Both the position numbers and the translations under genes were made by a program. Under the pieces are notes generated by a model. That model did no database searches. It saw only the letters and a program-made list of their open reading frames with translations, and was not told the DNA's origin. Shown piece after piece: positions 31,429 through 41,546 of a stretch of 57,780 nt of DNA. The DNA comes from Nitrospinota bacterium (GTDB lineage Bacteria > UBA8248): contig JAZAHK010000033.1 in assembly GCA_036231405.1 (NCBI GenBank), forward strand, positions 1-57,780. The letters are read 5' to 3'. Within the stretch, counting starts at the first letter, position 1. Each line of letters starts with the position of its first letter.

Positions 31429-31556
31429 AATCTTCTTGAATTATAGTTTTTTTACCTAAAACACTGGTTTTACTTTCCTAGTTTGGTATTTTGTTTTATT
31501 CCATAAGCTGGTATAAATGTAGAGAATAGTTTTGTATCCTTTTCATTGAACTTCAC

Positions 31557-32690
31557 ATGGAGTCTCTTCCTTTGGAAATTATACTTCACAGAGATCTAAT
31601 TTTAAATTCTCTTCAATCACTTCAGGGTGTTGTTGAAACAAAAGCAACCTCTATGCCTATCCTTCAAAATGTTTTAATTGAAACTTTAACCGACAAAAAA
31701 AGCATATCTGTTTCAGGAACTAATTTGGATATCAGCTTAAAGGGAAATATAGATGCTGAAGTTACCAAACCCGGAAAATTAACCCTTAATGCACGAAAAT
31801 TGTTCGACATTATAAGAGAACTTTCCCCTGGTCAGTCGGTTAAACTTGTTGAAGAAGTAAATCAACGAGTTAAAATTGAATGTGAAAATGCAAACTTTAC
31901 TTTGCCATCTTTACCTTACTCAGATTTCCCAAGCATGCCTGATAAAGAAGATGGGGCATCTCCACATGTAGTTTCCTCGGATACACTTGGAGAAATGATT
32001 AAAAAAACTATGTTTGCTATTTCACAGGATGAAACTCGCTATACTTATAATGGCGTTTTTATGGAATCTGAAAATGACATCCTAAGACTTGTTGCTACCG
32101 ATGGCCACAGATTAGCCTTAGTGACAAGACCTTCTCCTGGAATTCAACTCGCAAATGGAGTGATCTTACATAAAAAAGCTCTTGGAGAGCTCACAAAATT
32201 ACTCCAATCTGCAGATGAAGAAAAAGAAGATGTTTCTGTATATATAACTGAGAATCACGCTATTTTTAATTCCAAAAAAAATGAATTATCTTCACGTTTA
32301 ATCGAAGGAGAATTCCCGAAGTACCAGCAAGTAATACCAGAAGATCATAAGCATCAAGTTTCCCTACAAAGAAACGATTTACTGGGTGCTCTAAGGAGAG
32401 TATCTCTTTTCTCGAGTGAAACTCGTTTGGTAAAATTTACATTCAAAAAAGGTTCTCTCAATCTTTCTACAACCGGATCGGAGTTTGGAGAAGCTGACGA
32501 AAGTGTAGATTGTAACTTTTCAGGAAAAGAATTAACTATAGGATTTAATTATAGGTACTGTACGGACGTTTTAAGCATTATCGCAGAAGATGAAGTTTTA
32601 GTAGAAATAAAAGATGGGCTGAGTCCTGGAGTAATCAGACCAGCAGGAGACGATAATTACACTTATGTTGTAATGCCTATGAGAGTTTGA
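31557..32690 (+). CDS. dnaN: DNA polymerase III beta sliding clamp (TTG at 31572 is an alternative start)
   Basis: MPILQNVL, DETRY..NG, VATDGHRLA, RLIEGEFP.Y, VVMPMR. Confidence 0.95.
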   Translation: MESLPLEIILHRDLILNSLQSLQGVVETKATSMPILQNVLIETLTDKKSISVSGTNLDISLKGNIDAEVTKPGKLTLNARKLFDIIRELSPGQSVKLVEEVNQRVKIECENANFTLPSLPYSDFPSMPDKEDGASPHVVSSDTLGEMIKKTMFAISQDETRYTYNGVFMESENDILRLVATDGHRLALVTRPSPGIQLANGVILHKKALGELTKLLQSADEEKEDVSVYITENHAIFNSKKNELSSRLIEGEFPKYQQVIPEDHKHQVSLQRNDLLGALRRVSLFSSETRLVKFTFKKGSLNLSTTGSEFGEADESVDCNFSGKELTIGFNYRYCTDVLSIIAEDEVLVEIKDGLSPGVIRPAGDDNYTYVVMPMRV

Positions 32691-32703
32691 AAATCGTTTT
32701 ATA

Positions 32704-33276
32704 CTACCCTGCCTTAGCATAATCCCAACCAGTTTTAAAAGAAGAGACTTTTCCACTAACTTCATCGTATTTAAATCTAGGGATCTTCGCGAGATCACCT
32801 CCGTATACATGAATTCCTACAACAGGCTCATCTGAAGCACAGCTAACCCTGTGTAGATCCGTGTCTTTAGTACAACAAACAAAAGTATCACCTGGTTTAG
32901 CTAATCTATTTCCTAGAGGACTCATTGTAACTTTACTTCCATTTTCTCTTGTTCCTAAGTTTGAAAAACTTTCCTCTTTTTCTATTCCTTTATATATGCC
33001 AATTACACCCCATGTCCCATGATCATGGATCGGGGTGGTTTGTCCAATGTCCCAGATTCCCACACCTATACTAAAACTTTCATCCGGAGCAATATGAACA
33101 CAGTTGAGAGTAAATCCATTTTTTTTCACGAGAAGTTGTTCATCAGTTAACAGTAAAGGATCCTTTAGAATAGGTTCCATTCCGATAGAAATTTTTGAAG
33201 TTAATGCTACCTCATCTTGAATTTCATCGACTAAAACTTGCACTTCTTTGATAAAATTTTGCATATACTTAGACAT
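32704..33276 (-). CDS. Cysteine/thiol dioxygenase family protein
   Basis: W..GQTTPIHDHGTWG, LHRV, GIHVYGG (3-His cupin). Confidence 0.8.
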   Translation of the reverse strand: MSKYMQNFIKEVQVLVDEIQDEVALTSKISIGMEPILKDPLLLTDEQLLVKKNGFTLNCVHIAPDESFSIGVGIWDIGQTTPIHDHGTWGVIGIYKGIEKEESFSNLGTRENGSKVTMSPLGNRLAKPGDTFVCCTKDTDLHRVSCASDEPVVGIHVYGGDLAKIPRFKYDEVSGKVSSFKTGWDYAKAG

Positions 33277-33392
33277 TTTTCCTCACAAATAAACGAATCC
33301 TGATCGATTCTGTCTGATAAAAATATGTCTTAAAATGTTCTAATTTGAAAACTGTTTGACTATACCACTATAAATATACAAACAAAAGAAAA

Positions 33393-33421
33393 GGCGCGGA
33401 GGACAAAATCGCCTCCGCGCC
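33393..33421 (-). terminator. Rho-independent terminator after the SBP gene
   Basis: 10-bp stem GGCGCGGAGG/CCTCCGCGCC plus TTTTCTTTT on the minus strand. Confidence 0.85.
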
Positions 33422-33445
33422 AAAATCATTTCACACTCCATAGAA

Positions 33446-34987
33446 CTACTTCATTACAAAACTCCATGGCATTGTCATTTCATCATAACGCATTATGTAA
33501 TCTAGAACTTTTGTATTGACACCATAAACATCATGACTCTTAGCAATAGGTTTATGCGTAGCTTTGTCGTGCATGAACCAAGTTGCAGCCTCAAGACGTT
33601 TCTGTTGCAATTTAGTGTCTGCAGTCCTTAATGCTTTGTCTATCATTTTTTCATATTCAGGGAAACAATGAGGACTCCATTTTCCTTTACAAGCCATAAC
33701 CCCTCGGAAACTATTACCTGGAACTCCACCTTGGTTTCCATAACTAGATAGGAACATCATGTTCCCTTTTCTTTTCCCCTTCTTAAATTTCTTGAAACTT
33801 CCTCTCCATACCCTTTTTGTCGTAATTTCGCATTTGGCGTCGACACCAATTTTTTTTACCATACTCGCCGCCGCTTCACACATCTCGGCATCTGCAGGAA
33901 TTACGTTACGTGGGGATAGAATTACCATTTTAAAACCTTTGCCATAACCAGATTCTTTTAAGAGCTTTTTCGCCTTGGCTAAATTGAACGGATACCAGGA
34001 TTTCATTTTAGGATTGTACCCAGCAGCCATTCCTTGATGGATCATTTGGAACCAAGGATCAGCGCGATTATGTAAAAGAGTTTTAATTATAAGCGGAGTA
34101 TTAATAGCATGATTCAAGGCTTGTCTAACTTTTACATTCGCTAGAGGACCGCCATACTGCCCCAAATAACCATAATAATAAATACGTATACTTGGAGTTG
34201 TGAGGATTTTTAAGTTTGGTTTTGCGTTAACTTGCTTAATATACTGAGGTGGAACTCTCATTGCAAAATCAACCTCACCAGTCGTAAGTGCCTTTACCCG
34301 AGTGGTAGCTTCTCTGATAATACGAATTTCTAAAGTCTTTGGGCGGTTAGGATATCTACTATTTCCCCACCACTTTGGATTTGCTTCCATTAAAAAGCTT
34401 TGGCCTTTTTTCCATTTCTTGAGTATATAGGCACCAGAACCAAAACTTTTACGTGCGAGTTCGGAATATTTTTTGGTCTTAGCAACCTTACTATCTAAGA
34501 CATGGCCCCAAGTTCTCATTAAGGCAGGAAGGTCGTTCATAGGACCCTTGCAATGGATAACAAAAGTTCTGTCATTGATAATCTCAACATGACTGATATC
34601 CTTGTAGTAGGATTTCACTGTACTTTTCAGTCCTTTATCTTTCCACACACGTTCCAACGACCACTTTACATCGGCAGAAGTAACAGGATTGCCAGAAGCA
34701 AAGACTGCACCCTTACGGAGAGTAAACTTAAACGCGGATGCACTTACACGCGAAAAGCTTTCAGCTAACCAACCATAAAGTTTCCCCGTCTTTCGGTCTG
34801 CCTGTACAAGAGTATCGTAGGTCCATGGCCACATCATAGTACCCATAAAACCAGGGGTGTAACCTGGATCCCAAGACTTTGCTTGTCCATGTACGGCAAG
34901 CCTTAAGGTTCCCTTATATGCATGAGTACTCTGAGCGTAAAAACCCAAAAGTGTCAGCATAAGTAAAACGATCAATACCTTACGCAT
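33446..34987 (-). CDS. ABC transporter substrate-binding protein, family 5 (peptide/nickel type)
   Basis: Signal peptide, LAESF, FTLRKG..F.SG..VTSADV.WS, VRQALNHAIN; SD AAGGAGGT. Confidence 0.9.
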   Translation of the reverse strand: MRKVLIVLLMLTLLGFYAQSTHAYKGTLRLAVHGQAKSWDPGYTPGFMGTMMWPWTYDTLVQADRKTGKLYGWLAESFSRVSASAFKFTLRKGAVFASGNPVTSADVKWSLERVWKDKGLKSTVKSYYKDISHVEIINDRTFVIHCKGPMNDLPALMRTWGHVLDSKVAKTKKYSELARKSFGSGAYILKKWKKGQSFLMEANPKWWGNSRYPNRPKTLEIRIIREATTRVKALTTGEVDFAMRVPPQYIKQVNAKPNLKILTTPSIRIYYYGYLGQYGGPLANVKVRQALNHAINTPLIIKTLLHNRADPWFQMIHQGMAAGYNPKMKSWYPFNLAKAKKLLKESGYGKGFKMVILSPRNVIPADAEMCEAAASMVKKIGVDAKCEITTKRVWRGSFKKFKKGKRKGNMMFLSSYGNQGGVPGNSFRGVMACKGKWSPHCFPEYEKMIDKALRTADTKLQQKRLEAATWFMHDKATHKPIAKSHDVYGVNTKVLDYIMRYDEMTMPWSFVMK

Positions 34988-35245
34988 ACCATTACCTCCT
35001 TTTAATTAGTAAAAAATTACACCATCATGTACCATTCTTTTTAAAACTTATAACTTGTAGAAAATACCCGTTTTCAAAACCGAGCAGTCCACAAAAACAA
35101 AACTATAGCCACAGAACGGTTTCGCTGTGGAAAAGAACTTTAAATTATGGTTATATGGAAGTATATATGTCAGTTTAGAAAAACACAAGAAAGAAAATAA
35201 GTTACTCTGTGTGGCTTTTACTAATAAGTAATTTAGGGTGTGTGC

Positions 35246-36181
35246 ATGCGAAACTACATTATCCGAGGTTGTCTTCAGAGCATAATCGTTGTCTGGATTG
35301 TACTTCTCATCATTTTTTTAATGCTTCACCTAACAGGAGATCCAGCGGATGTCCTAATGCCACCAGAAGCAACCAATGAAGAAGTTGATGAATTCAGAAA
35401 AGAAATGGGTTTTGATAGACCTCTCCATGAACAATATTTTAGCTTCTTGTTCGGACACAAAGAGAACCTTGGTGTTTTGAGGGGTGATTTTGGAACATCA
35501 TTTTACCATCAAGAACCTGCTATGGGGCTAGTTACTGAACGGATCCCTGCTACACTTATGCTTGCCGTTGCTTCTTTGTTCGTCGGTCTTGTTATTGCAA
35601 TCCCTGCAGGAATATTATCGGCCGTTTTCCGCAAATCTTGGATCGATCACTTTAGTTCCGTGTTATCTATGGCAGGCCAATCCATCCCTAATTTCTGGTT
35701 GGGTCTTATGCTTATTATCGTTTTTTCCGAAATTTTGGGATGGCTCCCTACTTCAGGCTACAGAGAGGCAAAGAGCATAGTTCTTCCAGCGTTTGCTGCT
35801 GGACTTTATGCCACAGCTCGCATAATGCGAATGATGCGGTCAACTCTTCTTGAAGTCTTGTCACAGGATTTTATCAATACTGCCCGTTCAAAGGGAATAA
35901 GAGAAGCTGTAGTTATCAGCCGTCATGCACTCAAGAACGCATCAATTCCAGTTGTTACCATTATCGGTCTTGAACTAGGTGGTCTTCTCAGCGGGACAGT
36001 AGTAGTAGAAGTTGTGTTTGCTTGGCCTGGTGTGGGTTGGCTAGTAGTTGAAGCTATACAGTCTAACGATTATCCTGTAGTCCAAGCAGCAGTTGCCCTG
36101 CTTTCATTCATGTTTGTGGGTGTCAATCTCGCTGTAGATATCTTATACGCTTGGCTCGATCCACGCATTTCATACAGTTAG
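35246..36181 (+). CDS. Peptide-type ABC permease (DppB-like)
   Basis: GDPA, RGDFGTS, IPNFWLG, TARSKG..E, HALKNA, DPRI. Confidence 0.92.
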   Translation: MRNYIIRGCLQSIIVVWIVLLIIFLMLHLTGDPADVLMPPEATNEEVDEFRKEMGFDRPLHEQYFSFLFGHKENLGVLRGDFGTSFYHQEPAMGLVTERIPATLMLAVASLFVGLVIAIPAGILSAVFRKSWIDHFSSVLSMAGQSIPNFWLGLMLIIVFSEILGWLPTSGYREAKSIVLPAFAAGLYATARIMRMMRSTLLEVLSQDFINTARSKGIREAVVISRHALKNASIPVVTIIGLELGGLLSGTVVVEVVFAWPGVGWLVVEAIQSNDYPVVQAAVALLSFMFVGVNLAVDILYAWLDPRISYS

Positions 36182-36195
36182 TGGAGATTAGAAAA

Positions 36196-37128
36196 ATGGC
36201 AACTGAAAAACCTATAAATATAGACACGATCTCCGATGACAATGGAGATGTCATGCCCCAACCCTCTGAGTTCAAGTTGGCTATCCGTGAACTTTTGAAG
36301 CGACCTCCTGCTCTTTTTGGCGTTTTTTTTATTTTGTTAGTGATTATTATGGCAATTGTCCCATGGCTTTTTTCGCCACATGATCCTTTAGAACAGAGTC
36401 TGATACGCCACTTAAAACCACCTGGTTTTGTTGATGCAGATGGAAAAGTTTTCTATTTAGGTACCGACCAGCTTGGTCGTGACATTTTAAGCCGTGTTAT
36501 CTGGGGATCTCGTGTTTCGATTGCTGTCGGTGTCGCTGCCGTTTTTGTAAGTGGGTTCATAGGAATAACTACAGGTCTGATTGCTGGTTATTACGGGGGT
36601 AAAATAGACGCTATAATAAGTAGAATTGTTGATGCTACTCTGGCCATTCCTTTTGTGCTTCTCGCTATATCAATCATTGCAATCCTCGGGGCAAGTTTAC
36701 AAAACATAGTCCTTGCGATAGCACTCAGAACCTGGACCGTTTACACAAGAGTCGTAAGAGGAGAGGTTTTTTCTTTAAAAGAAACCGACATGATCACGGG
36801 AGCTAGATCAGCTGGATGCGGAACAGTTAGAATAATGTTAGTATATCTTCTTCCAAATGTGTTTTCCTCTACCTTAGTTGTGGGCACAATTTATCTTGGT
36901 CGTATGATCATTATCGAAGCTTCTTTCTCTTTTTTAGGTATGGGCGTGCCGCCACCAACCCCAACTTGGGGAGGGATGCTTGCATTTGGACGAGGGTATC
37001 TAGATACGGCCTGGTGGCTAACTTTTTTTCCAGGAATTGTTCTTACGTTAACAGTCTTAGGCGTCAATCTTTTAGGAGATTGGCTCAGGGATGTACTTGA
37101 CCCTCGAATGAAACGATTAGATGACTAG
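36196..37128 (+). CDS. Peptide-type ABC permease (DppC-like); start ATG 36196
   Basis: LGTDQLGRDILSR, SFLGMG.PPP.PTWG, LGDWLRDVLDPR. Confidence 0.92.
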   Translation: MATEKPINIDTISDDNGDVMPQPSEFKLAIRELLKRPPALFGVFFILLVIIMAIVPWLFSPHDPLEQSLIRHLKPPGFVDADGKVFYLGTDQLGRDILSRVIWGSRVSIAVGVAAVFVSGFIGITTGLIAGYYGGKIDAIISRIVDATLAIPFVLLAISIIAILGASLQNIVLAIALRTWTVYTRVVRGEVFSLKETDMITGARSAGCGTVRIMLVYLLPNVFSSTLVVGTIYLGRMIIIEASFSFLGMGVPPPTPTWGGMLAFGRGYLDTAWWLTFFPGIVLTLTVLGVNLLGDWLRDVLDPRMKRLDD

Positions 37129-37203
37129 TAAACAAGAAAAATTAAGCAGGTTAGGTTTTACAAATGTAAAATTTCTCTTTCCCTTTTATGAGAAAGGACA
37201 GTT

Positions 37204-38226
37204 ATGGCAAAGATTTTTGTACCACAACCTATTCCTGAGGTAGCTGCCGCAGCACTCGATAAATTAGGTGAAGTAACCACATTTCCACACGTTGATCGTC
37301 AAATATCAGAAACTGAACTGCTTGAAGCTGTAGTTGATAAAGACATTCTTTTTGGTATAGGAGAAGTCCCTTTTAACGAACGAGTAATAAATGCAGCTAA
37401 AGAGTTAAAATTTATCTCCGTAATGCATGGGACCGCAAAATTTATAGACTTTGCAGCGGCAACTCGTCGAAATATCCCTGTGTCAGGTCAAAAAAGTATG
37501 ACCCGAAAAACTACCGCGGAATTTACATTCGCACTTTTGATGGCAACAGCGTGGCGATTACCTGAGGCAAATACATTCCTCCGTGAAGGACGTTGGCAAC
37601 AAAATCAATCTATGGCCTTCATGGGCACACGTCTTTATGATAAGACGCTTGGAATTGTTGGCATGGGACAAATCGGACAATTGGTTGCAAAAAAAGCTGT
37701 TGGATGTGATATGCGAATTATATACAACAAGAGATCACAACTAAGCCCAGCTGAAGAATTTGTTCTTGGCTCTGCTGAGTTTAAACCTCTAGATGATTTA
37801 TTTATGGAGTCAGATTTTATTGCACTAACGCCAGCTCTCACTAATGAAACGAAAGGACTTATAGACGAACGTTTAATTTCACTTATGAAACCTAGTGCGA
37901 TTCTTATAAATACTTCACGAGGACCTGTTATAGACGAACACGCTTTAGAAAGAGCACTTAGAGAAAAACGCATTCGGGGTGCTGGGATAGATGTTTACCA
38001 AACTGAGGTCCCTGAACCAAACCCTGGACCAATTGAGGGACTTAAAACTCTACCAAACGTTATTCTTACACCACATATAGGCAGTGCAGGTCGTGAAACA
38101 AGAGAAGAGATGGCCCTACGTACTGTGATGAATATAGAGAGATTTCTTAACAACCAGCGTCCTTACGATGTTTTTAATCCAGAAATTTACGGTGAAGCGG
38201 CCATAAAAGACGAGGTGATAGGATAG
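37204..38226 (+). CDS. D-isomer 2-hydroxyacid dehydrogenase (glyoxylate/hydroxypyruvate reductase-like)
   Basis: GIVGMGQIG, INTSRGPVIDE, TPHIGSA. Confidence 0.88.
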   Translation: MAKIFVPQPIPEVAAAALDKLGEVTTFPHVDRQISETELLEAVVDKDILFGIGEVPFNERVINAAKELKFISVMHGTAKFIDFAAATRRNIPVSGQKSMTRKTTAEFTFALLMATAWRLPEANTFLREGRWQQNQSMAFMGTRLYDKTLGIVGMGQIGQLVAKKAVGCDMRIIYNKRSQLSPAEEFVLGSAEFKPLDDLFMESDFIALTPALTNETKGLIDERLISLMKPSAILINTSRGPVIDEHALERALREKRIRGAGIDVYQTEVPEPNPGPIEGLKTLPNVILTPHIGSAGRETREEMALRTVMNIERFLNNQRPYDVFNPEIYGEAAIKDEVIG

Positions 38227-38286
38227 ATTTACAAAATAGAGTTTAAATTTAAGAAAAATAAACTCAGAAATTACCTTTTAAAAATT

Positions 38287-38829
38287 TCAGGAACTATTAA
38301 CGATTTTTTCTTCAAAAGAAAGAAGGGTTTTTTTGTTAGTAATTCCAGCAGAAAAACCACCGAGTTCACCTGAACTCGATATTACTCGGTGTCAAGGAAC
38401 AAAAAGGAGAAAGGGGTTTCTACTCATTACCTGACCTACCGCTCGAAAAGACTTAGGATTTCCTGATTTTTTTGCCAGCCATGAATATGTCCTAGTTTCC
38501 CCAAAAGGAATTTGCCTTGCTTCTTTTAGAACTCGGCGTGAAAACTTGCTAACCTTACTGTAATCAAGTGGAGTAGAAAAAGATTTTCTTTTCCCCTGAA
38601 AATACTCCTCTAATTGAGTCTTTGCCTGTTCTATAAGATATTCACTGTCTCTTTTTTTCTTAGAATCTTCTGAAGAAACATCGTTGCTAAGTAGAATTGA
38701 ATCAATTCCATTAGAAGTTGCGGAAATGTAAATTTCATTTCTCATTTTTTCTAATGAAAAAAGAAACTTTTTTTTTCTTAATCGTTTAAAATTTAATTTT
38801 GTTTTTTTCAAAGGTGTTTTGTTTTTCAT
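38287..38829 (-). CDS. ogt: Methylated-DNA--protein-cysteine methyltransferase, putative selenoprotein (TGA at 38392-38394 read as Sec); 180 aa
   Basis: IPFGETRTY, RAVGQ...NP; reading through TGA gives VP-U-HRVISSSGELGGFSAGITNKKTLLSFEEKIVNSS*, restoring the PCHR motif and the family C-terminus. Confidence 0.88.
38361..38378 (-). promoter_or_regulatory. Putative bacterial SECIS hairpin of ogt
   Basis: Stem CGAGUUC/GAACUCG with loop AGGU starting 21 nt after the UGA. Confidence 0.65.
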
Positions 38830-38832
38830 TTT

Positions 38833-40029
38833 TTAAAATGCAGAAACCAAATCTTCAAGATGAGTTTTTCCAATTCTAAGACGTAACAACTGATTAGTAC
38901 CATCTGAATGAAGAAATGTACTCGCATCTCTAAGATATTTTTCCATTGGAGCAGACTGCATTATGCCTGCACCTCCAAAAATTTCTACTCCTAATCTTGC
39001 ACAATCAAAAGCTACTTCAGAAGCAAAAACCTTACATTTCCACCCTTGGGTGAAATCATAAGGCTTTTGGTTGTCCACTGACCACGCTGTCCTCAAAATA
39101 TAATTCCTCGCAATATCAATATTCATTGCCATATCTGCCAACATCATCTCTATAGCTTGATGTTTTCCAATAAGTTTCCCTCCTTGCACTCTTTCCCTTG
39201 CGTGCATTAAGGAATGCTCAAATGCTGCCCGCCCAACTCCCAAAGCAGTCGCAGCGGCCTCAGGTTTCCCCATTGCAAGAAGATTTCCTCTTATTTCAAA
39301 CATGCTACCTTCACCAAGAATAATATGATCTTCGGGAATCTCAACGTTGTCAAAAAAAATCTCCGAATTCATAGAAAGTCTCTGGCCAATTTTTTCATTA
39401 ACCTCGCCAATTGAAATGCCTTTTGTTTCTCTTGGAACAAGAAAACCAGAAAGACCTTCTCTTAAATTTTTTTCTTTATCTGTTCTGGCTGCGACTACAT
39501 ACAAAGAAGCTACCGGTCCATTACTTATATAGCGCTTTTGACCATTTATTATCCATTTTCCGTTTTTTTTATGAGCAACTGTATTTAGTTCAACGGAGAC
39601 ATCATCATAATACCCCTGATGATCGCTTCCACAGCCCGGTTCAGTCATTGGAATTGCAGCCAAAAACCTGGGCTCTTCACACAATCTTTTAAGCCAAGGA
39701 TCACGAACATGTTCTTCAATTTTTTCTAAAATATGTGCAAGTTTCCAGGTTTGATCAAGATTCACAGCAAAACCCAAATCCCCCACTGCTAACTCTTCGC
39801 CAGCTAGACAACACGTTATAACATCCCCATCTAAGCCTCCAAATTTTTCAGGATACGGTAGTTGTCTAAGCCCTAGTTTGCTGGCTTTTTCAGTTAAATC
39901 CCAGGGCATTCTTTTTTCCCATTCTAAAATTTTATCTCGTTCTACCGCTACAGGAGCGATTTCTTCATAAGAGAATTTTCGGGCAATTCCTTGAATTTTT
40001 TTTTGCTTTTCGGTTAAATTGAAATCCAT
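38833..40029 (-). CDS. Acyl-CoA dehydrogenase family protein
   Basis: MTEPGCGSD, INGQKRYISNG, RVQGG, FGGAG, EKYLRDA. Confidence 0.92.
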   Translation of the reverse strand: MDFNLTEKQKKIQGIARKFSYEEIAPVAVERDKILEWEKRMPWDLTEKASKLGLRQLPYPEKFGGLDGDVITCCLAGEELAVGDLGFAVNLDQTWKLAHILEKIEEHVRDPWLKRLCEEPRFLAAIPMTEPGCGSDHQGYYDDVSVELNTVAHKKNGKWIINGQKRYISNGPVASLYVVAARTDKEKNLREGLSGFLVPRETKGISIGEVNEKIGQRLSMNSEIFFDNVEIPEDHIILGEGSMFEIRGNLLAMGKPEAAATALGVGRAAFEHSLMHARERVQGGKLIGKHQAIEMMLADMAMNIDIARNYILRTAWSVDNQKPYDFTQGWKCKVFASEVAFDCARLGVEIFGGAGIMQSAPMEKYLRDASTFLHSDGTNQLLRLRIGKTHLEDLVSAF

Positions 40030-40055
40030 TTTTTGCTTCCCTTAAATAAAACTAA

Positions 40056-40844
40056 CTATTCCCCTTTAAAAGTTGGCTTTCGCTTTTCCTTAAATGCAAG
40101 CAAGGCTTCCTTAAAATCTTTTGTAAAATTAAGTGGTTTTCGTTTTTCATGCGAAAAATCTAGAGCTTCTTTATTTTTCATCCCAATAGTTTGATCAATT
40201 ACAGACTTTGCTCCTTGAACACCTAGAGGACCATTGTCTCGGATTTGTTCAGCCACCTTCATTACTTCATCTATTAAAATATCTTTTTCAAAAGAACGAT
40301 TAGCTAACCCTATACGCTCAGCTTCAACCCCGTCTATGGACTTACTCGTATAAATAAGTTCCTTAGCAAGGCCTATAGGAATTAAACGTTGGAGACGTAC
40401 AACACCTCCACCGCCTGGAAAAATACCTAATCTGCATTCTGGAAGACATAAAGTAGCTTCTTTTGAAACGAACCTAAAATCACATGCGAGAGTAATCTCA
40501 ACACCCCAACCAAAAGCATGACCATTAATAGCCGCTATCGTAGGCATAGGCAGTGATTCCCATAAGGAACTAGTCTTCATTGTATTGTCTTGGAATAAAT
40601 TTGCATCTTCCTTGCTATGATTAGCGCTTTCTTTAAGATCTCTTCCAGTACTAAAAGAACGTCCACTACCTGTTAAAATAACAACTCTAAGGCTTTTCTT
40701 TTCTGAGAGTTCTTTCGAAATTTCGCAAAATTCTTCACACAAATTCATTCCAATTGAATTTAAGCGTTCCGGCCGGTTTAAGGTAACAACTCCTATTCCG
40801 TCAGTTTCTTCATAGATAATTTCTTTATAGCTACCCAAAAACAT
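40056..40844 (-). CDS. Enoyl-CoA hydratase/isomerase
   Basis: LNRPERLN, PTIAAINGHAFGWGVE, PECRLG, KRKPTFKG. Confidence 0.92.
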   Translation of the reverse strand: MFLGSYKEIIYEETDGIGVVTLNRPERLNSIGMNLCEEFCEISKELSEKKSLRVVILTGSGRSFSTGRDLKESANHSKEDANLFQDNTMKTSSLWESLPMPTIAAINGHAFGWGVEITLACDFRFVSKEATLCLPECRLGIFPGGGGVVRLQRLIPIGLAKELIYTSKSIDGVEAERIGLANRSFEKDILIDEVMKVAEQIRDNGPLGVQGAKSVIDQTIGMKNKEALDFSHEKRKPLNFTKDFKEALLAFKEKRKPTFKGE

Positions 40845-40878
40845 ACCCTCTCTTCTTTTGAGTGATTAAAATCTTTAT

Positions 40879-41409
40879 CTATTTTACTATTTGGCTAACA
40901 ATTTGATCTACAAAATCAATAGTCACTTTTTGCATTTCGTTCACACTTAAATTACTAACAGGATGAGGTAATTGGACAAAATCATGTGCAGGCATCCCTT
41001 TTCCACGAAACTGAAACTCAGCAGCAGACTTGAATGCTTCGGTGATTATTGTGGTTGCAGGAATCCCGTTTTTTTCAAACTGAACGGTGTCATGCACACT
41101 GCACAACGTGCAGGAGCCTCAACCTCCTAATGCTGCAACTGCAACATCTACTTCTTTAGACATTTTTTCGATCATCTCATCAGGAGCAGGCTTAGAGTAA
41201 TGTTCTTTCCTTTTTATAATTACTTTGGAAACATCAAATCTTTTTCTTAATTGCTCTCCTAGAGTATCTAAAATAATATCTGCCTGCTCTTTCGTATTAT
41301 CTATCATTCCAACTACTTTTCCAGCTAAAGCGGAAGGCCTTTCTGCAAGATCTATTTTTTCACTACTACTTGAAGCGGTGGGATCAACAAAATGAATTTT
41401 CTCTTCCAT
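40879..41409 (-). CDS. UGSC-family putative selenoprotein (TGA at 41119-41121 read as Sec); joins two ORF-track entries into 176 aa
   Basis: 41409-41119 and 41106-40879 share a frame; the junction reads TTA GGA GGT TGA GGC TCC TGC ACG TTG TGC AGT = LGG-U-GSCTLCS. Confidence 0.88.
41089..41107 (-). promoter_or_regulatory. Putative SECIS hairpin of the UGSC gene
   Basis: Stem GUUGUGCA/UGCAUGAC (2 G-U pairs) with loop GUG starting 20 nt after the UGA. Confidence 0.55.
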
Positions 41410-41546
41410 TAAACATTACCCTCCTCGTAAATTATAAGTATCTAGATACTATAGTCAGTTAATAATTGTGTCTACCATTTACATGTTATAAGCTCTTTAT
41501 GTTTTCATCTCATATATTAATTTAGTTAAATTTCTACTTCACTTGC

